A DNA stretch of 62,667 bases, filler included, from Choristocarpus tenellus KU-1152 (taxonomy: Eukaryota > Protista > Phaeophyceae): NCBI GenBank assembly GCA_964200185.2. It is 12 parts of 12 records of this genome, joined end to end, with 100 filler letters (N's around TTAATTAATTAA, not from the genome) between each part and the next. Parts side by side here need not be neighbours in the genome. Positions count along the whole stretch, not along the records: positions 7,468 to 17,779 come from CAXNAD020002995.1; positions 17,880 to 20,436 come from CAXNAD020026806.1; positions 20,537 to 24,017 come from CAXNAD020019742.1; positions 24,118 to 30,325 come from CAXNAD020008679.1; 8 more parts are not named here. One strand, written 5' to 3'. How positions within the stretch are numbered: the stretch's first letter is position 1; the number at the start of each line of letters is the position of its first letter. The position numbers and the translations under genes were made by a program. The notes below the pieces were generated by a model. It was not told the DNA's origin. It ran no database searches and worked only from the letters and a program-made list of their open reading frames with translations. Below are positions 11,882 through 25,216 of the stretch, one piece after another.

Positions 11882-14800
11882 TTTTTGAGCGATCTGTCGC
11901 ACATGAATGTCATGCCCGCCCCATTTCTATATAAACTACTCTGTACTGTACTGTATGCACACTTCCTTACAAAAAACGAGAGATCCAAAAGTTTATGCGG
12001 ACTGTTTATTCTGGCAGAGAGAGTGTTGATGGCATGACCAATCAGCGAAGGAAGAAACTCTTAGTTGTGAACTAGTGTAACAATTTCAGAGGTTGTCCCG
12101 TACAAGAAAGAGGTGTACGAAATCTGCATAATTGTGAACATGACATCATTGTAGTTGCTCGAATCATTGCATAGGCTGTTACAATATAGCACAATAGTAG
12201 GTAGTTCTCCTGATATTTTTTCGCTGAAGGTTCCTCAGAAAAAGCAGAACACTCAAATCCTCCTCACAGAATGAGTAATGAATGTGAGTTTTACTAGTGC
12301 ATGAGAACATGAACTGGTTGTAGTGTGGTGCTTGGTACTATGTTCGATTGGAGGTCTGTTCGACTCTTTTCCTGTCGGGGAAATGTGCCTTTCACTTGGT
12401 ATTGCTTGTACCAAACACATTGTGTAGCATGTGTGTTGCTGTTCCAAACGTCTTTTTGCTTTTGCTTCTTTGGAGTAGTACCACTGTAGAAATGGTATCC
12501 TTCTACATGGTCTTTTCGCAGATGGATTTGTATGCGCGGAGGTTGAGGTGTGATAATGGGAAATTTTGAATGTTCTTATGGACGTTACCAGTGGGTGGAC
12601 TAAATCCCCGACAGAGAGGTGATCCCTCCCCTCCCCAGTTCGCAGTGACGGGGTCTCGCGTTATCCATACGTGGCAACTGGGAGAATACGCTACACATCT
12701 ACCTTTACACAGAAAAAATGTTGGTAATCATTCATTCACCGATAAAACTGTAACAATATACATTAATATATTTATCACATTTTTCACCTCAGTATTGATA
12801 TTTCAACGTCATACTTGTTCAACTAGATGCGCATCTATCTGACCGATATGATTGGATCATTGTATCTTGCGAAGTGGGTTTGTGTGTAGATCGTGAGTAG
12901 ATAGACCTTGCTTATTCTTGTCTCTCACTTCTCAGTGTAGAAGGGTATGTTAAATGCCCAATGCAGTACAAAAATAATGTAGTTTTGGCATTTCCAGAGG
13001 GAAAGAGGTTACAGAGTGGTATTCCTTCCATCCGTTCTTCTTCCTATACTTGGTCCAACGTACTCTACAAATTTATGAAACGGTTCCACTGTTATTTGTT
13101 ATTGGTCGACTCTACACGAACTGTTGTTGGTTGTGTGTTACAATATAATCAAAGAACTTTAAAAAACAGTGATTTTTTTACGGGTGGAACCATTCACCTG
13201 ATAATAGTAGTACACGAAGTTCTCAAGTGATTTGACCGGAATCGAGGGATCTAGCCTCAACTACAGTTGTTACAGGTGTGCAAGATATTAATTACAAGAA
13301 AATAAAGGGCTTCGAAAAAATGCACTTTTATTAATGAAAAGATTCTGTAGTACACGATGACGATTCACTTCTAAGAGACAACAAGTTTGATGGGTCCTAC
13401 ACCTGTACAAATCTACTACCAACGTCATAATTATCAACAATTTTTTGAGATAATTTACCAGTACATATCCCATCAACAAAATGCTCAAGAAAGAGAGGGA
13501 AATAGATTCAGAATGACACTATGCACCTCCGTCCACCTGAGAATCAGGGGACCCTCGAAGGACGTTGCAGGAGGTAGGGACCCTTGTCATTAAACAAAGT
13601 GGTAACATTGCCAAGAAGGGGAGAGTAATTTTCAACCCCAGGGCCATGCCTGAGGCATGGGGCAGGTCTTTCTCCGTTTATAACCTCTGATACATGTTTG
13701 ATTTGAGGAAGTACCCTGAGCTGGCTGGCTCGTATGCAGGTGGTACAGATGGTGTGTTCAGTATCAAGGAAGGGTGTATCGTGCTTCGAGGGATAGAAAG
13801 CGGGCAGGTGGCGGGAGGGAGTATTCATCGCTCTTGTATATTCTGCCTGGTGTTTGTAACTCTTTTTCTCCTCCCGTTGCCTCCCTCTTTTCACAGTTCA
13901 AGCTTTGGTCACTCTTTGTCCACACACAAATTAACTACTTACTACATGGTAAATTTTTCTCGGTTCCCTCCTCAACGGATTTTGAAATTATGGAAATACT
14001 CTGGAGTATGTGCTGAAGGGTAATTGCGACTCTGCGCATGCGTGTGCCCCTGTTAGACAAGGATTTGCAGCGAGATTTTGGGCAGGTGGCAGCCTTTAAT
14101 CTTCACTTGTGCGGCAGATATACGTTTTCAGAATCAGGGCCAAGGGTTGACTTGTACTAGAACAAGAAGGGTTTGAACAAAGTAATGTATTTGTATGCCC
14201 CTCTGAGGCAAGGAGGCCATATGGGGGAGCTGAGGAAGCAGGTACCTCCTTGGCTATGTTATTGTGGTCACATGTATGCTGCTGGGGGCCCTCTAGTATG
14301 AAGGCACATTGTCATTTGTTGTTGGTAGGTCAAAACTTCTATAATGTGGTACAGTATTACTCTATTTAAAATTATCGTTTATTGGACCTTCAATACATGT
14401 TACAATATTTGCTCTCCAGACGCGGGTGCATCAAGTGTACTATTTCAAGTGACACGGGTCTCAATATTTCTGGAATGATTTGGTGTTTGGCATGATATTT
14501 GATGATGCATCATACCAAATGATACCTCATGGTATATTACAAAAATCTGGGGAAATTCGCTGCCTTTCTGTCTTCAGTCAAACTGTTAACATTTAGTCTG
14601 TTGCGACGTAGCTGTAGTGCCTAAGAATGTGTGGACGGAATGAAGGGGGTAGGTTTGAGGTTCTCCCGTGTGGGTTTAACTGATAAAATTCACAGTGGGT
14701 AGGATGTAAAATCATACGTCAGTCGGAATGTAAACATCACAACGACTGTTTGACTGGGTGGTGTTCATATAGACAATACGTGCTTCAGAGGGTGTGAGAA

Positions 14801-15088
14801 TTAGTCACCACATAACCACTTCTTTGGGTCAATACTTGTGCATTAAAACTACTTGTCTAGTCCTTGTGGTAGGTGAGGGTTAGGCAAGTGCAGCAGACAA
14901 AACGCACTCGACTATGTAGCAGGTGAATGTGACAATGACAAGAAGAGAATGATATGTAGAAAAAGGCGACGTGAGGGACGATGAGGAAGTCGATTATGAA
15001 GTTGATGTATTGGCCGTGAAATTCGTCGTCAACATCAAAGGAAGGTCATAAGTTTGGAACTTCTTTTCATAGGTAGGTATCGGTAGGT

Positions 15089-15357
15089 GAGCCAAAGCAT
15101 CTTAGAGGGTAGATCCGCGTCTATTTGGGGGCCGAAATCCAATGTTGCGATTTTGATGTAATTTTGACTATCGTGTTTGTTAGGAAGTGTCAAAATCCTT
15201 GTTCCCGACACCTTTTCATAACGTATACATTTTACCTACTCCTAAGCATTTTGGAGTAGCATTTTGGAGTAGGAAAATGTCGTAAGAAATCCGAGAGGAA
15301 TCAATTCACAAATGGACAAACAAGGCAAAACTCGTGCCCTCTAAGATGCTTTCACTC
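15089..15357 (+). mobile_element. MITE family A
   Basis: Both TIRs; perfect 4-bp TSD AGGT/AGGT; internal 13-bp duplication GCATTTTGGAGTA. Confidence 0.92.
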
Positions 15358-15601
15358 AGGTGTAGGTAGGTGTTTCAAGATGAGGGCAAAATATCTTATG
15401 GTCAAATGCGATTTCAAGGGGGGAGAGGTCTCTGGTGATGGCGATGAGAACCACTGGCAATTCAACATGACTAACCTGGTCAAGAAGGCAACCTAGACGC
15501 CATACATAGCAGTGGAGTGATGAGCCACCCCCCTTTAGAGATGGAGGTGGGAGGAGTGCCCACAAGAAAGCACAGTTGAAGATCACCTGTGGCGAGGATA
15601 A

Positions 15602-15860
15602 GAGTGAAAGTATTTTAGAGGGTACGAGTTTTGCCCTGTTTGCCCATTTATACCTTGACTTCCCACAGTTTTTTTAATGACTTTTTCCTACTCAAAAAGG
15701 TTTCGGAGTAGGTAAAATGTGTACGTTACGAAAATGTGTGTCCGGAACATGGATATTGACACTTCCTAACAAATACGATGGCCAAAAATTAATAAAAATT
15801 GCAACATTGGCTTTTGACCTCCAAATGGACGCGGCTCTACCCTCTAAGACACTTTTGCTC
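15602..15860 (-). mobile_element. MITE family A
   Basis: Both TIRs; flanks ATAA/CTAA. Confidence 0.9.
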
Positions 15861-16025
15861 CTAAACTGCAGTACCAGGTGGAGATATACTGTGGTACGCA
15901 ACAAGTGGATATAGATGTGATGGGGGGCCTTTGCGATTCCCTCAAATGATGGAAGGCTAAGGAGAAGGTTTTGGAGAGTCGGGGAAGTTGTGGCACAACA
16001 GAATTTTCCTCCACAGGTCACTTCA

Positions 16026-16347
16026 GAGTGAACGTGTCTTAGAGGGTACGAGTTTTGCCCTGTTTGTCCATTTAGGGCTTGACTTTCCAAGGGTTCTTTA
16101 ATGACATTTTCCTACTACAAAATGTGTAGTTGCGATTTTGGGGTGATTTGGTTCCATACGTCGGATGGATAATGAAAGTGCACTTCTCCTGGTTTTGGTC
16201 CAAATCGACACCCTGGTGCAGACCTCCCCCCCCCAGACACTTTGGGTCTTCCAAACAAACACAATAGCCAAAATTACATCAAAATCGCTACATTGGATTT
16301 TGGCCCCCAAACGAACACGGCTCTAACCCCTAACATAACTTTGACTC
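16026..16347 (-). mobile_element. MITE family A carrying a partial family B element (~16128-16248) in place of its centre
   Basis: A ends at both sides; B-type interior ending CCCCAGACACTTTGGGTC. Confidence 0.85.
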
Positions 16348-16353
16348 CAACAG

Positions 16354-17528
16354 CACGCTCAGAGGTACTCCACACTAGCGACTCGCATCATTACAAGCGG
16401 TGCGCATATCCACCCTTGACACTATGGATTAATCATCATAACATGTTTATTCTTGACAAACGAACTTCAACATAACACGACATATCCATGGTGCAACCGA
16501 TGTGACAACAGGACACAGATTGGGACAGATGAGGATGTCTATGCCAACTTCAGGGAGAGATTCGAACTTGAGGGTACGTCAGGACCAATTCCCAGTATGT
16601 CAACATTTGTGAACTGGAAACCGTTCTACATCATAAAGGTCACGGCAAGGTGTGTGCGGAAATGGTCTTTCCATTTTTGGGACACACGCTACAGTGATGT
16701 TTGGGTAAGTCTATGGTTACTAACCGCCACAGGGTACCCAGTTGCATACCGCATCATCCGTCTCCACACACAAGGGGGTGCTAACCCACCGTATCCCTCC
16801 CTCTACTCTTCCACACAATACAGATCGTGCGTTTGTATTCACCACATAACCACCGACCTTCAGGCTCAGTGCCTAGGAGAGAACTGGAAGAAAGTACACA
16901 CGAGGATAATCATTTGCGACGTTGGACAACGTACTTGTGCATGCACATGCGCATTCTGCGACAAAGGCAAAGGATGTGGCTCTGAAAAAGTGGAGACCAA
17001 ACTCGAAAGTACTGCTCGTTTCATGGCCTTCTTCCTGTAAGTGTCTGCGCGAAACCACACCCACAACGTGGCGAATGTGTCAGCACGACAACCTGTGGAG
17101 CAACAACCAATTCATGAACCCATTGTAGATACATACACCACATACCCCCTCTCAAACCGTTTCACCACGTCCTCCAATATATATGGCAGTTGCACAGCCA
17201 GACTCCACTACTGACGCGTGAGCCGATACTTGGACCTCTACACTGACACCAACAACCACTTTTGGTCTAATCGAAACAAAACAGATGCGAGAGGACCATG
17301 CTGGAGCCCCTCAGTGAGCCGTCCTCTGGCGGTTCCTTGGGCAGTTTCAATAATTCTTGTGTCGACGGTACATGTGACAGGTGGGACTGGAAATCTCATC
17401 CAATGTGGAAATGCCCTTGTATGTTGGACTNNNNNNNNNNCACCCGTGTCACATGGAACGAGTTCGTCCACGCATACACCCCAGTGGTGGAGGCGGACCT
17501 ACAACGAACGACTTGCCCGGAGATCAAG
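16354..17528 (+). mobile_element. Intron-containing Sola2-like transposase, N-terminal Cys/His-rich part; exons ~16354-16399, 16512-16649, 16824-17036, 17285-17528
   Basis: Phase-2 GT-AG splicing gives HYKRTQIGTDEDVYANFRERF..SMSTFVNWKPFYIIKVTARSCVCIHH..FMAFFLCER..CVDGTCDRW..VTWNEF. This resembles the Y..F / STF..RP / CxCxxH / LC / CxxxxCxxC / VxW region of Sola2-type transposases. The catalytic domain is not seen before the contig end. Confidence 0.62.
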
Positions 17529-20500
17529 GTGTGCCTTATTCAAACACACGACCAAATATTAGGTTTGTAAGTCGAACCTGTCCGGTTCCACCCTCACGCC
17601 AGGTCCAGGACCGATACAGCAACCTACCCTACCAGTCGCGCATATCCCATGTTCACATCCCGACCACACACCCATGTTGCAATAAATCTCTATGTCCGTG
17701 TACACTGCCACACAGGCGCTGTCCTCTAGACTTGGCATTGCCACCCCCAGCAGGTCCACCAAAGATTACCTTATCCAGANNNNNNNNNNNNNNNNNNNNN
17801 NNNNNNNNNNNNNNNNNNNNNNNTTAATTAATTAANNNNNNNNNNNNNNNNNNNNNNNNNNNNNNNNNNNNNNNNNNNNCGCCCAAAAATCGCGACATGA
17901 AAAAATTGACCCCAAATGGACAGCCGCCACCCCCTCCCAGATATTTTGAGCCACTTGAAGAAACAGGGTTGATGATCGGTTGATAACATTGACGCAACAT
18001 GTTCGTCTAAGTGCTGCGTGTTATACACAGGTGTAATTCTGTTGGCAAACTACAAAAAAAAACAAAATTGGAATGTGAGGTGTTGGGATGAAGTCCAGAA
18101 CAGGAGGTTGTTGTTGCAAGTGATACCCAGGACAACCTAAGATCATCCTGGCCTCACGTTAGCCTGAGTGAGGCATAGATACGAACATGGCAGCACAGAA
18201 TGTAGTGTCGGTCAAATTTGCACACCTTGCTTGGCTGCTTGGATTCCGCAGTTCAAACCATCCACATCTTCCATGAGTCGGAAGGTCTGATCGAGGGGAA
18301 GTAAATCCTTTCCCCGGTGTGCCCTTGTAGACCTTGAACGACAAGCGTCACATTGTCAATTATGAGAGGTACGAAGTAGGTCACAAAAAGTAGTTCTCCT
18401 GGTACCATTGCCTACAAACCCTCTGTCTTGCTCATTATGAGGGCCTTATCCCACTGGGAATATGAGTGTAACCAAAGGAACAAACAGAGTCAGGCTCCAA
18501 ACAAATATCTGTTGCAGAGGGTATGAAATGGAAACTAATTCAAATATCTCCGAGACATATTCATCTCCTGCACAGGTTTATGTCATTGGGTGTATGCAAA
18601 GAAAGGCAGGTACCCTTCGATAATCCCTCCTCTGAGCAGCATGGTTAAAAAGTGAATACACCACTCATCGGTTAAGAGTACGACAAATCAATGACAAATC
18701 AATGACCAAAAGCTGACTCTATTCTGCCACAGGGAGGCGGTGATGAGGCTGAATGAAGCACCTGTTGAGGGTTTATTATTTATATGGTTGATTGTATGAC
18801 ACATGTGAAAACAACTCCGCCAGATCTGCTCTAAGATGCTTCGCACCCATCACCAAAAATAAATTGATTTTACGTTGTCAGAACAATGAGCTTCACAACG
18901 TTGAATTCCAAGGAACAAGTGACTAGTGATAATCGGGTGTGTGCCATCATTTCTGAAGCTGAAGGTAAGAAGGTAGCCCAAGCAACCAACACCACCAACA
19001 TCATCTCTGTTTGTTGGATGCTGCTTTCTCACTAGACAATCTCTTTTTGAACCCATTTTCTTGTGCCAATTTGTTTCTTTCTCTTCCCCTTCTTGTTTCT
19101 TTTGTGATACTATATATGAAGTATTATGTTTTTTGGCATTCTGTAGACGTGTCAGGGGAAAACTAATGAAAAAGTCAATTCAATATCATACGAACTCCTC
19201 CTGTAAAAGTAACAGTTGTCGTAAATGCGAAAGATATTTTTCTAACATCTATTTACTATTTGACTACCAGCCACGTCACACCACTCCCCTCCTATGCCTC
19301 CAACCAGGCTTAGCCCTACACCACAGGGTGAGGAACGAGGGAAGTATCCCAAGAATCTGACAGGCCCCAACTTGCCCATCTTCCTGGTGTCTTCAGGTTA
19401 AAATGCATGACATGTCTTAATAGAGCCACTTGTGTTGTGACAAACACTATTTATCGCAAACAGGATTTGACAGCTCCTCCTTTCCTGCTGTAGCCTCCTA
19501 CCCCTCTCCCCTCTACCACGTACATAGCCAACTAATTCCAAAAAATTCTGCTGGCTTTCTGAAGCTCCCAAATTTGTGGTACTATATACGTTTTTTAGTA
19601 GAAGTAATGTTTCTCGACCTCAATGGACCTGAACCAACAATTTGGGTGGATTTATTGTTAGTAGTATGTGAAACAGATGGATATACTCCGATAGGTTCTT
19701 CAGATTGAAGGGGAGAGGCAATGGTTCCCCCAAGAAAATCGAGGCAAAATAGTACAAGGTGCTGTTTGTTGGCCTGCACAGGCAACATGCAGACACATAT
19801 AATAATACTGGATCAGGTCTTGCTTCTTCCATCCTTGCTCTCAATGATGTAAAATGTCCTATTGCCATCCCCGGACCTGTCCCTAACCCCTCCTCTTCTC
19901 CTTCCTCCTCCTCTTCTTCTGTTGCTGCTTGTGTCTCGTCCCCGTGGCTATCTCGGCTGCAGGGCTGAATGTAACACCCTGTTGAACGTGCACAATTGCA
20001 GGTGGCAATGGGCGTGGCATGTACGACTTCATACCTGCCAAGAGGAATCTAACTCCATCTTACGTAAAAATACCACACAAGACTGGTCTAGATGGCCACA
20101 AGGAGAATGTGGATCCTCAGATAGATGCCTGGGCTCTCAACCATTGGTTATTTATGATAAAGGAGCCTAAAGCTATCCTCATGTGGATACACGGTGCACT
20201 TCACGTAACAGTTTTTTTTTTGCTTCTTCCTGGGTTCTGTCCAGTAGTTCTGAAGGTGGTTGACGAGGAGTCTTGCAATTAACCCTATCGACTGATTGTT
20301 GGTATCTCCGAGGGACGGAGCTCACCTTCCCTTCACTCCCACCATATTTAGCTACATTGCTAAGTCCATCTATCCGTCAATTCCCCTGGGTCAAGTATCT
20401 GGGGGGGGGGGGGGGGGCTGGCGCCCGTTTTTCCCCNNNNNNNNNNNNNNNNNNNNNNNNNNNNNNNNNNNNNNNNNNNNTTAATTAATTAANNNNNNNN

Positions 20501-20699
20501 NNNNNNNNNNNNNNNNNNNNNNNNNNNNNNNNNNNNTAAGGAATATGTTGTGTCCTGCCGTCCACAATCACCCGAACAAACAGCCTTCAAAACTACCAAA
20601 CAAAATATTCCCTAGAATATTACTCGAAGATCACGATTTTCTAATAACGTCAGGATATTCAAGTATTCCTATCCATCACTCATGAACCATTCCTGTCAC

Positions 20700-21734
20700 G
20701 CCATCTTGTAGCATAGACGTTTCTGACTTCATGTATGTGTACTAATAACAACATTGAATCTGTACAGAAATACAACACATGTTCCTATGCGAACACCCTC
20801 TCCTACTGTGCATGCACAATGTGCCATCACACTGTAACACACATCCTTGATTCGCCATAACTCGCTCCAAGTGCCAATCTCTAGTCCACGTCAGTTTATA
20901 CCCACGAAATGCTCAAGTCTCAAAGAACTACTCCAATTCCTCGTCCCTATAATTCTCAAGGATCAAATTATCACAAGTTTGTCGCAGCCCTCACATGACA
21001 AATTAATCTCTTCTGGTCCAAAGACTTGGTGAGAAAACATGCATGTTGTTGTTCCTCTGGTTCCACATGTACAACCTCTGTAACCTTCTCCTCAACTAAC
21101 CGTCAAAGAATGATGCCGTATATCTATGTGCTTTGCCCTCTGCCCGTTCACTGGATTCCCTGACAACTTCGCTGCACCCTTGTTGTCTTCATAGATTAAT
21201 CCATATATGTTATTTCCTCTCCAAATTTGTGGGCTCCAGCACCTGCCTTACAAGCATCACCTCTTTACTGTATCAATCAGATAGATTTTCCGCCTACATT
21301 ACAGACAAAAACCACCACCTTCTGCATCTCAGAACACCATGGCAGTGCTCCACCCCAATGGCTAGTAGGCCCTCGGATACAGACCTCTGCTGGTCCAAAT
21401 CAGATGTATATGTCTGCATCAGTAGACACCTCCAGTCGATTTTCCTTCTCTTTCCATCACACGTGATTCCAATCCCCCTCGTACTGCTCACATGACCCGA
21501 AATCCTTAAAACAGCATCCCAATGAACCTGCCTTGGGTTACTACTAAATATCGCCACAGTCGTTATCGCAATAATGACATCTGGCATCGCTATGGTCACT
21601 AACTGGATTAGTGACCCCACTGCTTCCCTGTATGGGGTGCATGGGTCCAGCTCCACACCCGAATCCTTTTCCGACAGATTTCGGGTTGTAGATCCCGACA
21701 TATCATAGAGCCAAACCAATTGAGAGGTAGGCAT
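20700..21734 (-). mobile_element. Degenerate Ty1/Copia RT/RNase H relic, similar to the copy at 270-1450
   Basis: ELDPCTPYREAVGSLIQL..MPDV..NPRQVHWDAVLRISGHV..SDLDQQRSVS. Confidence 0.85.
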
Positions 21735-22839
21735 GATTGAATTTCATGGAACCCGAGAAAAGGCAAAAAGACGCCATTTTGTACAATTACAGAAAGAGCC
21801 TTTGTTTAGTTGTGGTGGTGTCACTTTGTGTGTGGAGAGGGGGGATATCAATTTTGTTTACACACTATTGTGCACGTAAAGCAATGAGATGGAGTGTATT
21901 GCACAGGCTAAAGAAATATGCTTAGAATGCGAAAGGGTCCAAACTTGCCTACATCTCAATTGGTTTGACTCTCCATACTCTACTGTGATCTCAAAAGCTC
22001 CACCAGCTGATCCATGTATCTAAAGCAAAATGAGGAGGGGACTACACCAAGCCAGAGTTCTTTTTGTCCTTTCCTTGGTTGACCTCAGCCCACTTATCAT
22101 CAATGATCTCTTCCAAAGCTAGAGCCCGACCAATCGCCACTGGCAGTAGGGATGTCAGGGGCACGCGGTGCCTGGATTCTATTGTTTCACCCTTTTGTAA
22201 ATGAGAAAAGGTTTTGATTTGGTGAGGTGTATGGTGAGTATTGGAACAATAAATTGAACTGTGAACTGTACTTGTCTTCAACAACATGTATGCTATTGTC
22301 CTTCAAAGTATTCATTCGTATGATGAGGTGCTAAAATCTGGGAGGAGCACAATGCTTGTAGAGTATCACTGTGCAGCATGATCACCTCATTGAACGCACA
22401 CAACGGACACTGGAAAAAGGAGGGAAAGAAAAATGCAGTCAGCTGCAAAGAGCGAACATTCAGGCTGGAAACGCCTGCTTAGTGTCCTCAAACTCACAGG
22501 TGAGAACATCAGCTGATGCTAGGTGGTGCAGAAATGACCCCCACCCCGCCACTTTCCTCTGCCACACCCTAGACAGGGATACGAAGATGACGGCAAGGGT
22601 CAAAAGTGCAACACTACACCGAGAAAGCCTTCGAACTGAACTGTTGGTGAAGTTGTTATTGTGTAACAGAGGTATGCCAAATTATCGCTAAACCTTGCAA
22701 ATTATGAACACCTAAATAGTCTTCGCACCAAAAAAGGACCCTAGCCACCATTGTCAGGAGCGGTGATGAGCAATGTGAAACAGTGTTTCGCTCGGCTACA
22801 TCACACAGGAACCTCCCAAATGGTGGAAGGGATTATCAT

Positions 22840-23097
22840 GAGCCAAAGTACCTTGGAGGGTCGAGCCGCGTCCATTTGGGGGCGACAATCCAATGTTGCG
22901 ATTTTTATGTAATTTTGGTTATCGTGTTTGTTAGGAAGTGTCAGTATCCTTGTTCCGGACACACCTTTTCAGAGCGTGCATATTTTACCTACTCCCAAAT
23001 ATTTTGGAGTAGGAAAATGTCATAAAAAAAACATGGGAAGCCAAGCCCCAAACGGACAAACAGGGCAAAACTCGTACCCTCTAAAATACTTTCACTC
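22840..23097 (+). mobile_element. MITE family A
   Basis: Both TIRs; perfect TSD TCAT/TCAT. Confidence 0.93.
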
Positions 23098-23414
23098 TCA
23101 TGGAACCTGGGGCTCTGCATTGCCATTTGAGAACAGCATAAAAAATGAGGGGATGGGTTACGGGGATGAAGAGTATTCTGCTCCGCTTTTGCCGTAGTGA
23201 TAGAACTGTGCAAAGAATGGGAAGAAGCACAGAAGGGAACAGTGGTTTGGTATTTCGATTTGCTCCACCACATAAACACTTTGAAAATATTGGGAGGGTT
23301 GGCTAGAACGAACGGGTCTTACTCCACTGTGTTACAACTAAACCTTACGAAAGGTGGAAGAGAGATTCCAAAAAGGAACAGGGTCAATATTAACAGCGCT
23401 TGGTGATTGATCTG

Positions 23415-23519
23415 ATACAAGTGTGAAACATTGAGATGCGACTGTTCCACCAGGGCAGAAAATCGCGCGACTGTCTGCCCCAGTGGAACAGTGGTTTCTC
23501 AATGTTTGACAACGAGTAT
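23415..23519. repeat. ~105-bp imperfect palindrome (hairpin)
   Basis: AAACATTGAGA..ACTGTTCCAC..GGGCAGA..TCGC|GCGA..TCTGCCC..GTGGAACAGT..TCTCAATGTTT. Confidence 0.85.
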
Positions 23520-24529
23520 GCCGTAAGAAATTAGAAATAGTTACATCCAGTAGAGTAGTCCATCGTGCTCGCCATCCTGGAGTTCGAAATCTTTCGAGTT
23601 AGGGGAGGGAAGTGTTGGCAATAGGTGCTGGGATACGCATGGACACCACCGGTGGAGTTGCAAATTCAGTATGGGGCAGCTAACCAGACACGTAGTGGGA
23701 ACTCACTAGTGGTAGTGAGTGATAAGGAAGTGTATTATAGATCCGTCTGAACAGGTACGTGTCCAACTGGGCGGTGAGGCATCGCCCCACCCTTTGTACT
23801 TGTAGTTCAGTCTAGTATAGAGGCTAACATCAATGCCAGTGGACACACTCCTAATCAAATATCTTGTAGAACAAAAATACTCATGTGATACATCATCTTC
23901 ACGCAAGGATCGTGAACAGTTGGGGGAGGGGGGCAGGCATGAACAGGGGCAAAGGAGAAAGGTGGTCCTGTATTTGAAACGTTATAATAGGAGGGGGTGG
24001 GGACTAGGTATAGAGGGNNNNNNNNNNNNNNNNNNNNNNNNNNNNNNNNNNNNNNNNNNNNTTAATTAATTAANNNNNNNNNNNNNNNNNNNNNNNNNNN
24101 NNNNNNNNNNNNNNNNNCATGTGATGTTGCCGAGTTTCATCTGGTACGTGCCGAGGTAGTGATGTTCTAGGAGCAAGGACATGCCCTTCAGATTGCTGTA
24201 CCACATTCTCGATCCGTGGGCAGCACCATCGGCGGGCGGGTGGGTTGTTGTTGAGCGAATGCTGGACATGGCGAAGATTGGGAGGGTGTGACGGGGATCG
24301 ATAAATAACAGGTGCGCGTGGTATGTACAGAAGGGAATGAATTGAAATTAGGACAGAGGGATGGGAGGTGCTGCTTTATTTCATCTGGTCGGTCGGTCCT
24401 CAAAACTCAGATTTATCTTTCCGTTGACAATTGTGTTATGAAAAATATCAATATCGAACAGCATACGATTTCATTTTGGAAAGAGACAGAGAGTAACAGC
24501 TTTTTATGACATTTTCGTTTCGTACATTT

Positions 24530-25216
24530 CAAACGTATTGGATCAATGAAGGATGTGATTTGTATTTGTATTTGTTGATGTAAAGATTAGAATATTATCA
24601 TTTTTTCGTAAAAACCCTAACGCACGTGTTTTGGGTGTTCAAGGGTTTAGGAGATCAGATCGGATCTTTAAAACTATAGATCCGCTTTTTTGTCTTCTCT
24701 AGTATTTTTAAGAATACTAAAGTCGCCAAAAAGCGGTTTTAGTATTTAAATAAATTGTGGGTACCAGTTGGAAGTGACCTTTTAGTTTCTGAAAATTGGA
24801 AACGTGTGAGACCCATAAAGTGCGTGCTTTGTATTTTCAAGAATTGTAAGAACAGTTATTACTGGATTTACTATTTCTAGAAAGCCTGATGCACGTGTTT
24901 TGGTGTTCAAGGGTAAACGGGATCCGATCGGATCCCGTTTACCCAAAGAACCCCTTTTTGTCGTCTCTAGAATTTACAAGAATCCAAATGTCCAATAATT
25001 TAATATTTTGTACTTCAAAACGTTAGAGGGTGCTAGTTGTTATTTGACGTTTTGATTTCAGAACATTGGAAAAGTACAAGCTCAATTAAGTATGTGCTTT
25101 GTATTTTTAAAAATTGTAAGTACAGGTATAATCGGATTTACAACTTCGGAAAACCGCAATGCACGGATTTTCAGGATCATAGATCTCAGGATGATCCCAC
25201 GGATCACCCGGAGCTC
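24530..25216. repeat. Diverged ~270-bp tandem repeats (about 2.5 units), each with a GATC-rich palindrome
   Basis: GCACG(T/G)..TTT anchors at 24622, 24891, 25161; perfect 34-bp palindrome at 24911-24944. Confidence 0.8.

Noticed and set aside
13544-13810. Exon-like stretch (..MFDLRKYPELAGSYAGG..)
   Set aside because: In-frame stop and no recognisable family.
15692-16090. Recurrent short ORFs (GQTGQNSYPLRYF, KITSKSQHW)
   Set aside because: Chance translations of MITE A copies, not genes.
18828-18848. CTCTAAGATGCTTTCGCAC resembling a family A end
   Set aside because: Isolated short match with no element body.
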